Source: Bacteroidales bacterium
GTDB taxonomy: Bacteria > Bacteroidota > Bacteroidia > Bacteroidales > VadinHA17
DNA length: 64,000 nucleotides
Assembly: GCA_029932855.1 (NCBI GenBank)
Contig: JAOZPG010000010.1
Coordinates: forward strand, 33,097-97,096
Direction: 5' to 3'
The translations under genes and the position numbers were made by a program. Position 1 is the first letter of the stretch, and every line of letters begins with the position of its first letter. Positions 30,392 through 40,222 of the stretch are shown here, in pieces. Under the pieces are notes generated by a model. It ran no database searches and had not been told where the DNA came from. It saw only the letters and a list, made by a program, of their open reading frames with translations.

Positions 30392-31663
30392 TTATTCCGG
30401 GTTTTCCACCTTGCCCATAAACATAATGGCCCCGGTTGTGTTTTCTTTTATTATATAAACAAAAGGATGGTTTGCCCTGAACTCAATACTGTTATCTCCT
30501 CCGCCGCCTGCCGATGTAACGCCTATTGTAACTGAGGTTACAGCTGCTGCCTCTGTGCCTTCTTCGTCAAGCTCGATAAAAGTCTTATGTTTTACCGAAG
30601 AAATATACAGGTCAACATCAGAGTTTATCTTTGAGAAATCTGCTGCACCCTTACTATCAAAGGCAATTCCCATTCCTAACTGAGTCAGGTCGGGTATTAA
30701 TTCCTTTTTGTATTCTATCTTGAATTTTGGAAGGAAAATATTTACTGCTGTCTCATCAGAGAAGTCCGCATTCCAGTTATCCCATGCGTCCTGGTTCATG
30801 GCTGATACAAGGCTGTCGAGGCTTACATTATAATTCGGCAGCAATATGGCCATGCTGAAGTTACCCTGCCCGTATGGAAGGTCAACCGCGCTGAATAGTT
30901 GATTGGAAGTATATTTTATATTTTCCTTGAAAGACATGGTTTGTACATTATTGATAATGTTCCCTTCCTGGTCGTAAAATGCTTCTTCTTTTGTTTCTTC
31001 TTTGTTAAACTGGTACTTCCAGGTAGCTTTAAAGTAAATCGCATTGATCAGGAACATAATATTCTCAGGATCGATCTGTTCAATGATCTTGTCAATCTTA
31101 TCATGTGTTTTTTCAGCTACCCAGCCGTTTATTATTCCCACAGATGCAGGGTCGGTAAAATCAAGGCGGTTGACTTTTGCATCATAAAAAGTCTTGTTGA
31201 CATTCAGGAAGTCTTCTTTCACCGGAAAATTATCGCGGTACCATATAGAGTTGCCAATCTCCATTATCACTTTCGGGTCTACACTGAGCAGGGCATTTAT
31301 TAAAAGCTGGTAGGACTGGTTGATCTCTTCCAGGCTAAGGCCGGTAAGGTGCATCACTTCTTCAAAAGCTTTTTTTGTATCCCCCTCAGCTCCGTTGTAG
31401 GTCATGGCCAGTGCAAGAGAAATGCTTAATGGGGAGATCATTAGATTATCCTCGTCCTCCTCAAGTAAATTTGTTGTTTTAAATATATCGAAAGCAAAAT
31501 CATTGCTTGTTTTAAGCAGGAGTAGGCTTTTCTGGTCCAGGTTAATTTGCTTTGGTCCTGCCGGGGAAACAGGGTCCTTTTCGCAGGAAGCAATAAATAT
31601 AGCTGCTGCGAGTATTACAGATGACAGTATAATAACAGTTTTTGATCTAAATGGAGTTTTCAT
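30392..31663 (-). CDS. Serpin lipoprotein (miropin-like serine protease inhibitor)
   Basis: Lipobox IASC, N.MISPLS, INAIYFK..W, hinge EEGTEAAAVT, FRANHPF, FMG.V.NP. Confidence 0.95.
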   Translation of the reverse strand: MKTPFRSKTVIILSSVILAAAIFIASCEKDPVSPAGPKQINLDQKSLLLLKTSNDFAFDIFKTTNLLEEDEDNLMISPLSISLALAMTYNGAEGDTKKAFEEVMHLTGLSLEEINQSYQLLINALLSVDPKVIMEIGNSIWYRDNFPVKEDFLNVNKTFYDAKVNRLDFTDPASVGIINGWVAEKTHDKIDKIIEQIDPENIMFLINAIYFKATWKYQFNKEETKEEAFYDQEGNIINNVQTMSFKENIKYTSNQLFSAVDLPYGQGNFSMAILLPNYNVSLDSLVSAMNQDAWDNWNADFSDETAVNIFLPKFKIEYKKELIPDLTQLGMGIAFDSKGAADFSKINSDVDLYISSVKHKTFIELDEEGTEAAAVTSVTIGVTSAGGGGDNSIEFRANHPFVYIIKENTTGAIMFMGKVENPE

Positions 31664-31699
31664 GACATATATTTTTTCAGGGCATACCCGGTTTATGTT

Positions 31700-31729
31700 T
31701 AGACAACTTTAACAGCCTGTAAGTTGCGT
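31700..31729 (-). promoter_or_regulatory. Putative ECF promoter toward the serpin (ACGCAAC-N18-GTCTA)
   Basis: Minus strand reads ACGCAAC TTACAGGCTGTTAAAGTT GTCTA, an AAC -35 / GTC -10 ECF layout. Confidence 0.6.
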
Positions 31730-31781
31730 CTGGTGAATAATAAATGCAAGCAAATTCTGTGCCATCATCATTAATATAAAT

Positions 31782-31811
31782 ACGCAACCATTTATCATCT
31801 TAAATCATCAA
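31782..31811 (+). promoter_or_regulatory. Putative ECF autoregulatory promoter (ACGCAAC-N18-ATCAA)
   Basis: Same ACGCAAC heptamer and spacing as the divergent copy. Points into the sigma gene. Confidence 0.5.
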
Positions 31812-31880
31812 ATGAATGCAAAAGTTCTTTGAAAAAACCTTAATATGATTGTTTAGCTCTAATATAAGCTGTAATTTTGA

Positions 31881-32474
31881 TTGACGCAGGCCTTAAAAAT
31901 TATAAGGGTGGAAGAAAAACTACAGCGCTTAATTAGCGAGTGCATTAAAGGTAATCAGTTGGCACAAAGACATTTGTACGACAAGTATGTCTCTGTAATG
32001 TTTGGTATTTGCCTGAGGTATGCCAAAGATGCTGATAGTGCTAAGGATATACTGCAGGATGCTTTTATTAAGGTTTTTAGCAAGCTGAAGCAATATAATG
32101 GGCATGGTTCTTTTGAAGGCTGGTTGCGAAGGGTATTTATAAATACTGCCCTTGAGAAGTTCAGGAACAAGACGCCCATACTTTCTCTTGATGACAAGGC
32201 TGAACTTACAATTGGGGAAGTGCCCGAAAACATAATATCTGAGCTTTCTGCCGGGGAGTTGCTGGAAATGATTCAGGATCTTTCACCGCAGTACAGGCTG
32301 GTATTTAACCTGTATGCCATTGAAGGATATTCGCATAAGGAGATAGCAGAAAGCCTTGGTATATCAGAAGGAACTTCGAAGTCGAATTTGTCGAGAGCAA
32401 GAAGCATTCTGCAAAAGAGGATTATAAGTCTTTCAGCTATGGAAGGAAGGAGAAAAAAAGTAAATGAAGGATAG
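31881..32474 (+). CDS. ECF sigma-70 factor
   Basis: AQR.LY, CLRYA, D.LQDAFIKVF, SFEGWLRR, VFNLYAIEGYSHKEIA..LGISEGTSKSNLSRAR. Start may be GTG 31908. Confidence 0.95.
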   Translation: MTQALKIIRVEEKLQRLISECIKGNQLAQRHLYDKYVSVMFGICLRYAKDADSAKDILQDAFIKVFSKLKQYNGHGSFEGWLRRVFINTALEKFRNKTPILSLDDKAELTIGEVPENIISELSAGELLEMIQDLSPQYRLVFNLYAIEGYSHKEIAESLGISEGTSKSNLSRARSILQKRIISLSAMEGRRKKVNEG

Positions 32475-33957
32475 GCCAAATAATATTGACAGTGTATTTA
32501 AGTCCGGTCTGGACAATTTTCAGGCTGAACCGCCGGCTGATGTTTGGGCGTCTGTAAAAGAAGGCCTGTTTAATCAGGCAATAAGGGATAAATTATATTC
32601 TTATGAATCTCAGACCCCCTACGGTTCGTGGCCGATAATTCGTGCAGGTATAGCTGATGAGCTAAGGCCTGTTTACAGCAATATTGCAGCAGCAGTGGCT
32701 GTACTTGTGGTGGTTGTAGCCACTGCATTCTGGGCAATGAGGACTAACTTAAATCAACCGGCAGCCAGTATGCTGGCTGAGCAGGCAATAGTACTTCCGG
32801 CAGAAACAATAGATAAAGCCCCTGTTAGAGAGATAGTTGTGCCTGAGCAGTCTCCTGCAGGAAATGATAATGCAGAAGCTCTTCTTGCCGAAAATTCAGC
32901 CGGCTTATTTCCAGCCGGCCAGGACTATAAAATTGTTGCCCGGGAGAACATTTCTGAAGTGCAGGCTAATTCTTCTAGCCTTTTTACATCTCTCAGGTCG
33001 CAGTCTGTGGCAGCAAACTATACGGGAAATGCTTCCGGTGACCTTTCTCCGGGACCCGAAGAAGAGAAATCCTTGCTTCACATGGAAACACAAAAAAGGA
33101 TGGGCTTTATGGGTCAGGTAAATTCAGGGGACTATCCGGGTAATCTTGTGGTTCCGGAGCCGGTGCAGTATGCTAATAAATGGACTGTGGCAGGTAACTA
33201 TACGCCTGTTTATTCCTTCAGGTATGCTAATTCAGAAAATACTCTTAAGACAGATAATTATTATTATAATTCCGAGACCCCGGTAATCTCTTTTACAAGC
33301 GGTGTAAGTGCAGAGTACAATTTTGAAAAGAGATGGTCGGTCAGGTCCGGGATACAGTATTCAAAAAATGGAGTTCAGGTAAATAATGTAATTTTTTACC
33401 AGGATGTTCAGACAGGCAGGCTTCTTAGTTCAGGTATTTTTAACGAAGATATTCCTTATCCCTTTGAAACTTCCCTGGGAAACATCTCTTCGGGTGATTT
33501 CACTCACTACATTGCGGATTTTAAAATGCCGGGTGGCGATTATTATACCGGGAACCTGTCTGCTAATCCCGAGTTTGCCTCATATGAGATGATGAATACC
33601 GACCTTACTCAGAACCTGGAATTTCTTGAAGTACCTGTAATAGTGAAGTATAAACTTATTGACAGGAAGCTTGGAGTTAATTTGCTGAGCGGACTGGGAG
33701 CAAGTTTCCTTATCAATAATGAGGTTTATATGACATACCTGGGTGAGCAGTTTGCTATGGGACGTACCTCTGATATCAGGTCTGTTAACCTGGTGGGGAC
33801 AGTTGGTATGGGACTGGAATATCTGATAAGTAAATCACTTGCCTTAAATATTGAACCAAGCCTTAAGTACTTTCTTAACTCTATGAATACCGAATCAACA
33901 CTTTCTACCCATCCTTATTATTTTGGAGTTTATTCAGGTATCAGCATTTCTTTTTAA
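32464..33957 (+). CDS. Putative anti-sigma factor with TM helix and C-terminal outer-membrane beta-barrel
   Basis: Overlaps the sigma gene. N-terminal PP..VW motif, TM AAAVAVLVVVVATAFW, long linker, barrel strands (SG...Y, LEVPV.VKY, GLEY, EP..KY), terminal Phe. Confidence 0.75.
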   Translation: MKDRPNNIDSVFKSGLDNFQAEPPADVWASVKEGLFNQAIRDKLYSYESQTPYGSWPIIRAGIADELRPVYSNIAAAVAVLVVVVATAFWAMRTNLNQPAASMLAEQAIVLPAETIDKAPVREIVVPEQSPAGNDNAEALLAENSAGLFPAGQDYKIVARENISEVQANSSSLFTSLRSQSVAANYTGNASGDLSPGPEEEKSLLHMETQKRMGFMGQVNSGDYPGNLVVPEPVQYANKWTVAGNYTPVYSFRYANSENTLKTDNYYYNSETPVISFTSGVSAEYNFEKRWSVRSGIQYSKNGVQVNNVIFYQDVQTGRLLSSGIFNEDIPYPFETSLGNISSGDFTHYIADFKMPGGDYYTGNLSANPEFASYEMMNTDLTQNLEFLEVPVIVKYKLIDRKLGVNLLSGLGASFLINNEVYMTYLGEQFAMGRTSDIRSVNLVGTVGMGLEYLISKSLALNIEPSLKYFLNSMNTESTLSTHPYYFGVYSGISISF

Positions 33958-34027
33958 AGGAGATCTTATAGCTTATTGTTAGTTCCCAAAAAGAACTATT
34001 TTTGCAGAAGCTTTAAAAGATCACAAA

Positions 34028-35005
34028 ATGCTTGCATTCAAAAATATATTCAGGAGAAGGGCAGTTTATTTTATTCTTGCATTTCTTATTCCGCTTATAC
34101 TGTTTGTTATAAATAGTTTTGATTCTGAATCTGATGTATTGGAGGAATCCTTCCAGGATTTATTCAGAAAGAATTACTCGATCTTTGCACTTCCGCTTCC
34201 TTCAGAGATGGAATATGCAGGAGAAAGAGTTCCTCTTGAGAATTTTGACGTAAGAGAGGCCCTGGACAGGGAGTTGCTGGTAAATACATACTGGCAGTCG
34301 CAAACATTGCTTTTTTTAAAGCGGGCAAACAGGTATTTCCCAATAATTGAAGATGTATTAAAAAGAAATTCTGTCCCTGATGATTTTAAATACCTTGCCC
34401 TTGCGGAAAGCGGACTTATCCAGGTTGTTTCTCCCACGGGGGCCACAGGTTTCTGGCAGTTCATGTCAGGAACAGCCCGGGATTACGGACTGGAAGTAAA
34501 TAATGAAGTTGATGAACGCTATAACATCGAAAAATCCACAGAGGCTGCTTGCCGCTACCTGAATGAATCATACAAAAAATTTGACAGCTGGATACTGGTG
34601 GCGGCTTCCTATAACAGGGGGCGAAAAGGGATTAACGAACAACTCTCAAGGCAGGAGGAGGATAATTATTTCGATCTCTTGCTGAATGAGGAGACCTCGA
34701 GGTATGTTTACAGGCTGTTGGCACTGAAGCTTATTGTTAGTGATCCGGGGAAATATGGTTTTAACTTCAGGCCTGACGATCTGTATCCACCACTTTCTGT
34801 GAGGAAGGTGAAAGTTGATACGGCAATTAAATCAATGATTGATTTTGCGGCACAGTTTGATATGAATTACAAAATGCTTAAATATTTTAATCCATGGCTG
34901 AGGGAGATCCGGCTCAGTAATAAGAGTGCTAAGACTTACGAAATACTGATACCATGCAAGAATTTCAGAACGGGGGTATATGATAATCAAATGCCCCCGG
35001 AATGA
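34028..35005 (+). CDS. Lytic transglycosylase (SLT/MltD-like)
   Basis: PDDFKYLA.AES, GATG.WQFM..TA..YGL, VDER...KST.AA..YL, ASYN.G, ET..YV. Confidence 0.93.
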   Translation: MLAFKNIFRRRAVYFILAFLIPLILFVINSFDSESDVLEESFQDLFRKNYSIFALPLPSEMEYAGERVPLENFDVREALDRELLVNTYWQSQTLLFLKRANRYFPIIEDVLKRNSVPDDFKYLALAESGLIQVVSPTGATGFWQFMSGTARDYGLEVNNEVDERYNIEKSTEAACRYLNESYKKFDSWILVAASYNRGRKGINEQLSRQEEDNYFDLLLNEETSRYVYRLLALKLIVSDPGKYGFNFRPDDLYPPLSVRKVKVDTAIKSMIDFAAQFDMNYKMLKYFNPWLREIRLSNKSAKTYEILIPCKNFRTGVYDNQMPPE

Positions 35006-35060
35006 GGAATTGCCCTGAATATTAATTTGCCGGCTTGTGGCAGGTGAAAGATAAGAGTGA

Positions 35061-37886
35061 ATGGAAGCTAATATAAATGTTTACGGTGCAAGGGTGCATA
35101 ATCTCAAGGATATTGATGTTTCTATTCCCAGGAACAAGCTGACTGTAATAACGGGCCTCAGTGGCAGCGGGAAATCATCACTTGCCTTCGATACCATATA
35201 TGCCGAGGGCCAGAGACGTTATATGGAAACCCTTTCTGCATATGCCAGGCAGTTCCTGGGCGGACTTGAGAGGCCTGATGTTGACAGGGTGACCGGACTG
35301 AGCCCTGTGATTGCTATTGAACAGAAAACAACAATTAAGAATCCACGGTCAACGGTTGGGACCATTACCGAGATATATGATATGCTCAGATTGCTCTATG
35401 CCAGGGCAGGGATAGCTTATTCCTACAATTCGGGAAAGCCTATGGTGAGGTATTCTGATGATCAGGTATTAAGACTGATCAGTGAGAAGTATGATAAGAG
35501 GAGAATATATATTCTTGCTCCTGTTGTTAAGGGCAGGAAAGGCCATTATAAGGAGCTTTTTGAGCAGATCCGGAAAAAAGGCTTCCTGAATGTGCGTATA
35601 AACGGGGAGATTAAGGAGTTGAGTCCTGGCATGAAGCTGGACAGGTATAAGACCCACTTTATAGAAATAGTTATAGATAAGCTGCAGCTAATGCAGGATG
35701 ACCTGAAGCGCCTTAAAGAATCGGTGAAGCTGGCTATGAAGCATGGTAATGGAGTGATAATAACACTCGACAAGGATAGTGGGGAACAGCAATATTTCAG
35801 CAGTCATCTGATGTGTCCTGATACCGGTCTTTCTTATAATGAACCTGCGCCTCATACATTTTCTTTTAACTCTCCGCAGGGAGCATGTAAGATGTGCAAC
35901 GGACTGGGTAAGGTGTCTGAGGTAGATGTGTCAAAGATCATTCCGGATGATAGCCTTAGCATAAGGAAAGGTGGGATAGAGCCACTGGGTACTTATAAGA
36001 AGGGACTGATATTCTGGCAGCTGGAAGCTATAGCTGAGAAGTATGGCTTTAGTATGGATACTCCCATCAGGGATATTCCCGGGCAGGCAATGGATATTAT
36101 ACTTTATGGCTCGGATGAATCATTTATGATAAAGAATTCCTCACTGGGCGTTTCTTCTAATTACTTCCTGAGCTTTGAAGGTGTAATAAACTATATATCC
36201 AACCAGGAATCCCTGAATAACACTTCCATGGCCAGGAAGAAGAACAAGTTTGTTAAATATGTAACATGCCCGGAATGTGGAGGGTTCAGGTTAAAAAAAG
36301 AATCGTTATGGTTCAGGATACATGATAAGCATATTGGAGAATTGACCGCAATGGACATGAAAGAGCTTCTCTTATGGCTGAAAGAGCTTCCGGCCCATCT
36401 GTCGGACAAACAAAAAATCATTGCAAGGGATATTTTAAAAGAGCTCAATTCCCGTCTGCAGTTCCTGCTTGATGTGGGACTTGATTACCTGGCACTGGGG
36501 AGACCGACAGGAAGTCTTTCGGGTGGTGAAAGCCAAAGGATAAGGCTTGCTACCCAGATAGGCTCAGAGCTTGTTAATGTGCTGTATATACTGGATGAGC
36601 CAAGTATAGGTCTGCATCAGAGCGATAACCAGAAGCTTATTCTATCCCTTAAGAAGTTAAGGGATGCCGGTAACTCGGTCATAGTTGTGGAGCATGATAA
36701 GGCTATGATCACTTCAGCAGATCACATTATCGATATGGGACCCTTTGCAGGCAGGCACGGGGGAAACATTGTAGCCCAGGGAGGCCTGGGAGATGTGCTG
36801 AAAACAAGCTCCCTGACCTCTGAATACCTGAAAGGGGAGAAATCCATTTCTCTTCCCAAAGAACGGAATAAAGGCAATGGTAATTTTCTTTTGCTTAAAG
36901 GGGCAAAGGGGCATAACCTCAGGAATATAGATGTTAAGTTTCCTCTGGGCTTATTCATATGTGTTACCGGGGTTTCCGGCAGCGGGAAATCATCGCTGAT
37001 AAACCAGACCCTTCATCCTATATTAAGCAAGATTTTCTACAGATCGGTAAAGGAATCGCTTCCCTATGAGAAACTGGAAGGAATAAAATTTCTTGACAAG
37101 GTAATAGAAGTTGACCAGTCGCCCCTGGGAAGAACCCCGAGGTCTAACCCTGCCACCTATACAGGTGTGTTCGGGGATATAAGGAAACTGTTTGAGCAAA
37201 GTCCCGAAGCCAGGATAAGAGGCTATAAAGCAGGCAGGTTTTCTTTTAATGTTAAAGGAGGGAGATGCGAGACATGCCAGGGGGCGGGACTGAGGACAAT
37301 AGAAATGAATTTTCTGCCTGATGTGTATGTGAAGTGTAGTGATTGTAACGGTAAAAGGTATAATCCTGAAACCCTCGAAGTAAGGTATAAAGGATCAAGC
37401 ATAAGTGATGTGCTGGATATGACCATTAACAGAGCATACGGGTTTTTCGAGAATATTCCCTCTATAAGTCATAAGCTCAGGGTGCTTATAGATGTGGGAC
37501 TGGGCTATGTAAGGCTTGGTCAGCCCTCAACCACACTTTCAGGAGGGGAGTCGCAAAGGGTTAAGCTTGCTACCGAACTGGCAAAGAGGGATACGGGAAG
37601 GACTCTGTATATTCTGGATGAACCTACTACCGGCCTGCATTTTGAGGATGTAAGGGTATTGCTGCAGGTACTTAGCAGGCTGGTAAGCAAGGGAAATACA
37701 GTTATTGTAATCGAACATAATATGGATGTAATAAAAGTGGCCGACCATATTATTGATCTGGGACCCGGGGGAGGAAGGAATGGGGGAGAGGTAATAGTTA
37801 GCGGGAGTCCTGAAGAGATAGCAGATAATGAAAAAAGCCTTACCGCCAGTTATCTCAAAGAGGAGCTTAGTCATTCATCATTATAG
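35061..37886 (+). CDS. uvrA: Excinuclease ABC subunit A
   Basis: Two GxSGSGKS Walker A motifs, two LSGGESQR signatures, Zn fingers. Confidence 0.98.
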   Translation: MEANINVYGARVHNLKDIDVSIPRNKLTVITGLSGSGKSSLAFDTIYAEGQRRYMETLSAYARQFLGGLERPDVDRVTGLSPVIAIEQKTTIKNPRSTVGTITEIYDMLRLLYARAGIAYSYNSGKPMVRYSDDQVLRLISEKYDKRRIYILAPVVKGRKGHYKELFEQIRKKGFLNVRINGEIKELSPGMKLDRYKTHFIEIVIDKLQLMQDDLKRLKESVKLAMKHGNGVIITLDKDSGEQQYFSSHLMCPDTGLSYNEPAPHTFSFNSPQGACKMCNGLGKVSEVDVSKIIPDDSLSIRKGGIEPLGTYKKGLIFWQLEAIAEKYGFSMDTPIRDIPGQAMDIILYGSDESFMIKNSSLGVSSNYFLSFEGVINYISNQESLNNTSMARKKNKFVKYVTCPECGGFRLKKESLWFRIHDKHIGELTAMDMKELLLWLKELPAHLSDKQKIIARDILKELNSRLQFLLDVGLDYLALGRPTGSLSGGESQRIRLATQIGSELVNVLYILDEPSIGLHQSDNQKLILSLKKLRDAGNSVIVVEHDKAMITSADHIIDMGPFAGRHGGNIVAQGGLGDVLKTSSLTSEYLKGEKSISLPKERNKGNGNFLLLKGAKGHNLRNIDVKFPLGLFICVTGVSGSGKSSLINQTLHPILSKIFYRSVKESLPYEKLEGIKFLDKVIEVDQSPLGRTPRSNPATYTGVFGDIRKLFEQSPEARIRGYKAGRFSFNVKGGRCETCQGAGLRTIEMNFLPDVYVKCSDCNGKRYNPETLEVRYKGSSISDVLDMTINRAYGFFENIPSISHKLRVLIDVGLGYVRLGQPSTTLSGGESQRVKLATELAKRDTGRTLYILDEPTTGLHFEDVRVLLQVLSRLVSKGNTVIVIEHNMDVIKVADHIIDLGPGGGRNGGEVIVSGSPEEIADNEKSLTASYLKEELSHSSL

Positions 37887-38091
37887 TATCCCATGATAGT
37901 TCCTTGCTACCTGACTGGTGGAGATCTGTAGTTAAAGTATTAACTTTTTAAGCATTTGGTTCTGCAACTGACTAAGTTTTTGTACTTTTATTAATCAATC
38001 ATTAAGGAGAATCAGCTTATTCAAAGCATGCTCCAGTGGGGGTTTTATTATAAAATGAATCAGGGATGCTGATAATTTAAATAGGATAATT

Positions 38092-38799
38092 ATGTCAGGA
38101 GATGATAAAGTAAAGAAGGCCTTTAAGCAAAAAGACTGGAATGAGATACGAACAAGCAATTCATGGGGGGTATTTAAGATACTGTCGGAATTTGTTGAGG
38201 GCTTTGAGAAGTTGTCGAGAATAGGTCCATGCGTATCCGTATTTGGTTCTGCCCGCACAGAGCCGGGGGACAAGTATTTTAAACTTGCTGAGGAGATTGG
38301 TTTTAAGCTTACACAAAAAGGCTATGGGGTAATTACCGGAGGGGGGCCGGGAATAATGGAGGCTGCAAACATGGGGGCCAAAAAGGGAAATGGCAGGTCG
38401 GTTGGAATAAATATTGACCTGCCTTTTGAGCAAAGTGCAAACCTTTTTATCGATCATGACAAACTTATTTCATTTGATCATTTTTTTGTAAGAAAGGTGA
38501 TGTTCATGAAGTATTCCCAGGGATTTATTGTCTTGCCGGGTGGATTTGGGACCTTTGATGAATTGTTTGAGGCAATAACCCTTATTCAGACCGGGAAAAT
38601 AGGGAAGTTCCCAATAATACTGGTCGGATCGGAATACTGGCAGGGGCTTGTTAGCTGGATAAAAGATGTAATGCTGAAAAAGGAAGCTAATATCAACAGG
38701 GAAGATTTAGACCTGTTTGTGCTTGTTGATAGCGCGGAAGATGCAGTGAGCCAGATAGATAGCTTTTATTCAAAATATCTGCTTTCTCCTAACTTTTAG
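38092..38799 (+). CDS. LOG family (TIGR00730-like) nucleotide phosphoribohydrolase
   Basis: VFGSAR, TGGGPGIMEA, FFVRKVMF, PGGFGT.DE. Confidence 0.92.
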   Translation: MSGDDKVKKAFKQKDWNEIRTSNSWGVFKILSEFVEGFEKLSRIGPCVSVFGSARTEPGDKYFKLAEEIGFKLTQKGYGVITGGGPGIMEAANMGAKKGNGRSVGINIDLPFEQSANLFIDHDKLISFDHFFVRKVMFMKYSQGFIVLPGGFGTFDELFEAITLIQTGKIGKFPIILVGSEYWQGLVSWIKDVMLKKEANINREDLDLFVLVDSAEDAVSQIDSFYSKYLLSPNF

Positions 38800-38918
38800 T
38801 CTGTGTCTCTTATACTGTGCATTATTCCTCGTTTTTTGGCTTTATGATTCAAACAATAATTGTTATACTTGTAATTAGCTCAACAACAAAAACAACTAAC
38901 AAAATAAACTTATAAGCA

Positions 38919-40202
38919 ATGAGATACATTATTTCAGTATTATTCCTGGTTTTTTCGGCTATGTTTATTAATGCCCAGGATGTAAATGTTAATATCAACT
39001 CACCTTCAGAGATCACTGCCGGTGAACCTGCAATTATTGAGATAGTTATATCAAAAGGTTCTCTTAATGGTTTTGCACGCTTGCAGCAGCCTTTTCCTGC
39101 TGCAATAAATGTTAAGGCAATTGAATCGGCCGGTGCCGATTTTAGCTTTTCAGATGGTAAGCTGAACATTATATGGCTTAACCTTCCTTCAAAACGGGAA
39201 CTCAGTTTAAAGTACGAGCTTGTTGCAGATGCCAGGGTGGAGGGTGATTTTAGCCTGGAAGGTAAGTTTTCGTATATATATGAGAGTGAAAGAGAGGAAA
39301 TATCAGTTGATCCCCAAAACATACATATTAATCCCTCAGACCAGGTAAGTGCTGACCTTATTGTTGATGTTATGGCTTTTACGGGTGATTTCCAGGGAGC
39401 AGAGAAAGCGGTTGTATTGCCTGTTGCAGCTTACAGGGAGGCACCCTATATCAGTCCTTCCTCCGATGGGTGGATAGTGAATGTACTGGTTAGCAAAGGT
39501 GGTATTTCCAAGCTTGCCAGGGTTGAGGAGGATATACCCGGGGGTTATATGGCCGAAGCAATAGAAACAAAAGATGCAATATTCAGTTTCAAGGGAGGCG
39601 TTGCCAAGTTTCTGTGGATGACACTTCCCCCGGAGGCATATTTTTTGATCTCATATGAGATTAAATCTGAAGGAGGAAGTTCTGATGAGGCACCCGGGAT
39701 AAAAGGAATGTTTTCATATATGGAGGATGATAATGTTAAGTCCATTCCCATAGTACAGAAAGATGCGGCTATAGGCAGCATGAGTGATGAAGAGTTTGTA
39801 GCCCTGATATCCGGGTCTGCACCTGCGACAAAGCCGGTACAGAAACCACTGATTGTAGATAAGCCGGCGAAGAAAACAAAACCAGCTCCCAAACCGGTAC
39901 AGCCCAAAGCTCCTGTCAGTGAAGGTATAGTGTTTAAGGTACAGGTACTTGCATCCAATATAGTTATTAATACCGACAGGTATTTTGCAGGCAAGGATAT
40001 TGGAAGGCTTGAGATGGAGAAGCATGATGGTATGTATAAATATACCTCGGGTAGTTATAAGTATTATAAGGATGCCCGTTCTCATATCACTGAACTGATG
40101 AATGCAGGCCTGCAGGATGCCTTTGTTACAGCTTATAAAGATGGCCGGCGCATAGAAGTTAAAGAAGCATTAAGACTGAGCAGGCAAAAATGGTTTGAGT
40201 AA
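38919..40202 (+). CDS. Exported protein with two Ig/cohesin-like repeats, Pro/Lys linker and SPOR-like C-terminus
   Basis: Signal peptide (INA-QD). Duplicated SKG...AR....P...A.FSF..G...W..LP...Y....G.FSY unit. C-terminal FKVQV.A...YKY..G...A......G..DAFV.AYKDG.RI. Confidence 0.7.
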   Translation: MRYIISVLFLVFSAMFINAQDVNVNINSPSEITAGEPAIIEIVISKGSLNGFARLQQPFPAAINVKAIESAGADFSFSDGKLNIIWLNLPSKRELSLKYELVADARVEGDFSLEGKFSYIYESEREEISVDPQNIHINPSDQVSADLIVDVMAFTGDFQGAEKAVVLPVAAYREAPYISPSSDGWIVNVLVSKGGISKLARVEEDIPGGYMAEAIETKDAIFSFKGGVAKFLWMTLPPEAYFLISYEIKSEGGSSDEAPGIKGMFSYMEDDNVKSIPIVQKDAAIGSMSDEEFVALISGSAPATKPVQKPLIVDKPAKKTKPAPKPVQPKAPVSEGIVFKVQVLASNIVINTDRYFAGKDIGRLEMEKHDGMYKYTSGSYKYYKDARSHITELMNAGLQDAFVTAYKDGRRIEVKEALRLSRQKWFE

Positions 40203-40222
40203 GAGTTCTGCCTGAAAAATAT

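Noticed and set aside
37964-37992. GCAAC upstream of the LOG gene as another ECF promoter
   Set aside because: No RTC at the 18-nt spacing, and it lacks the ACGCAAC context.
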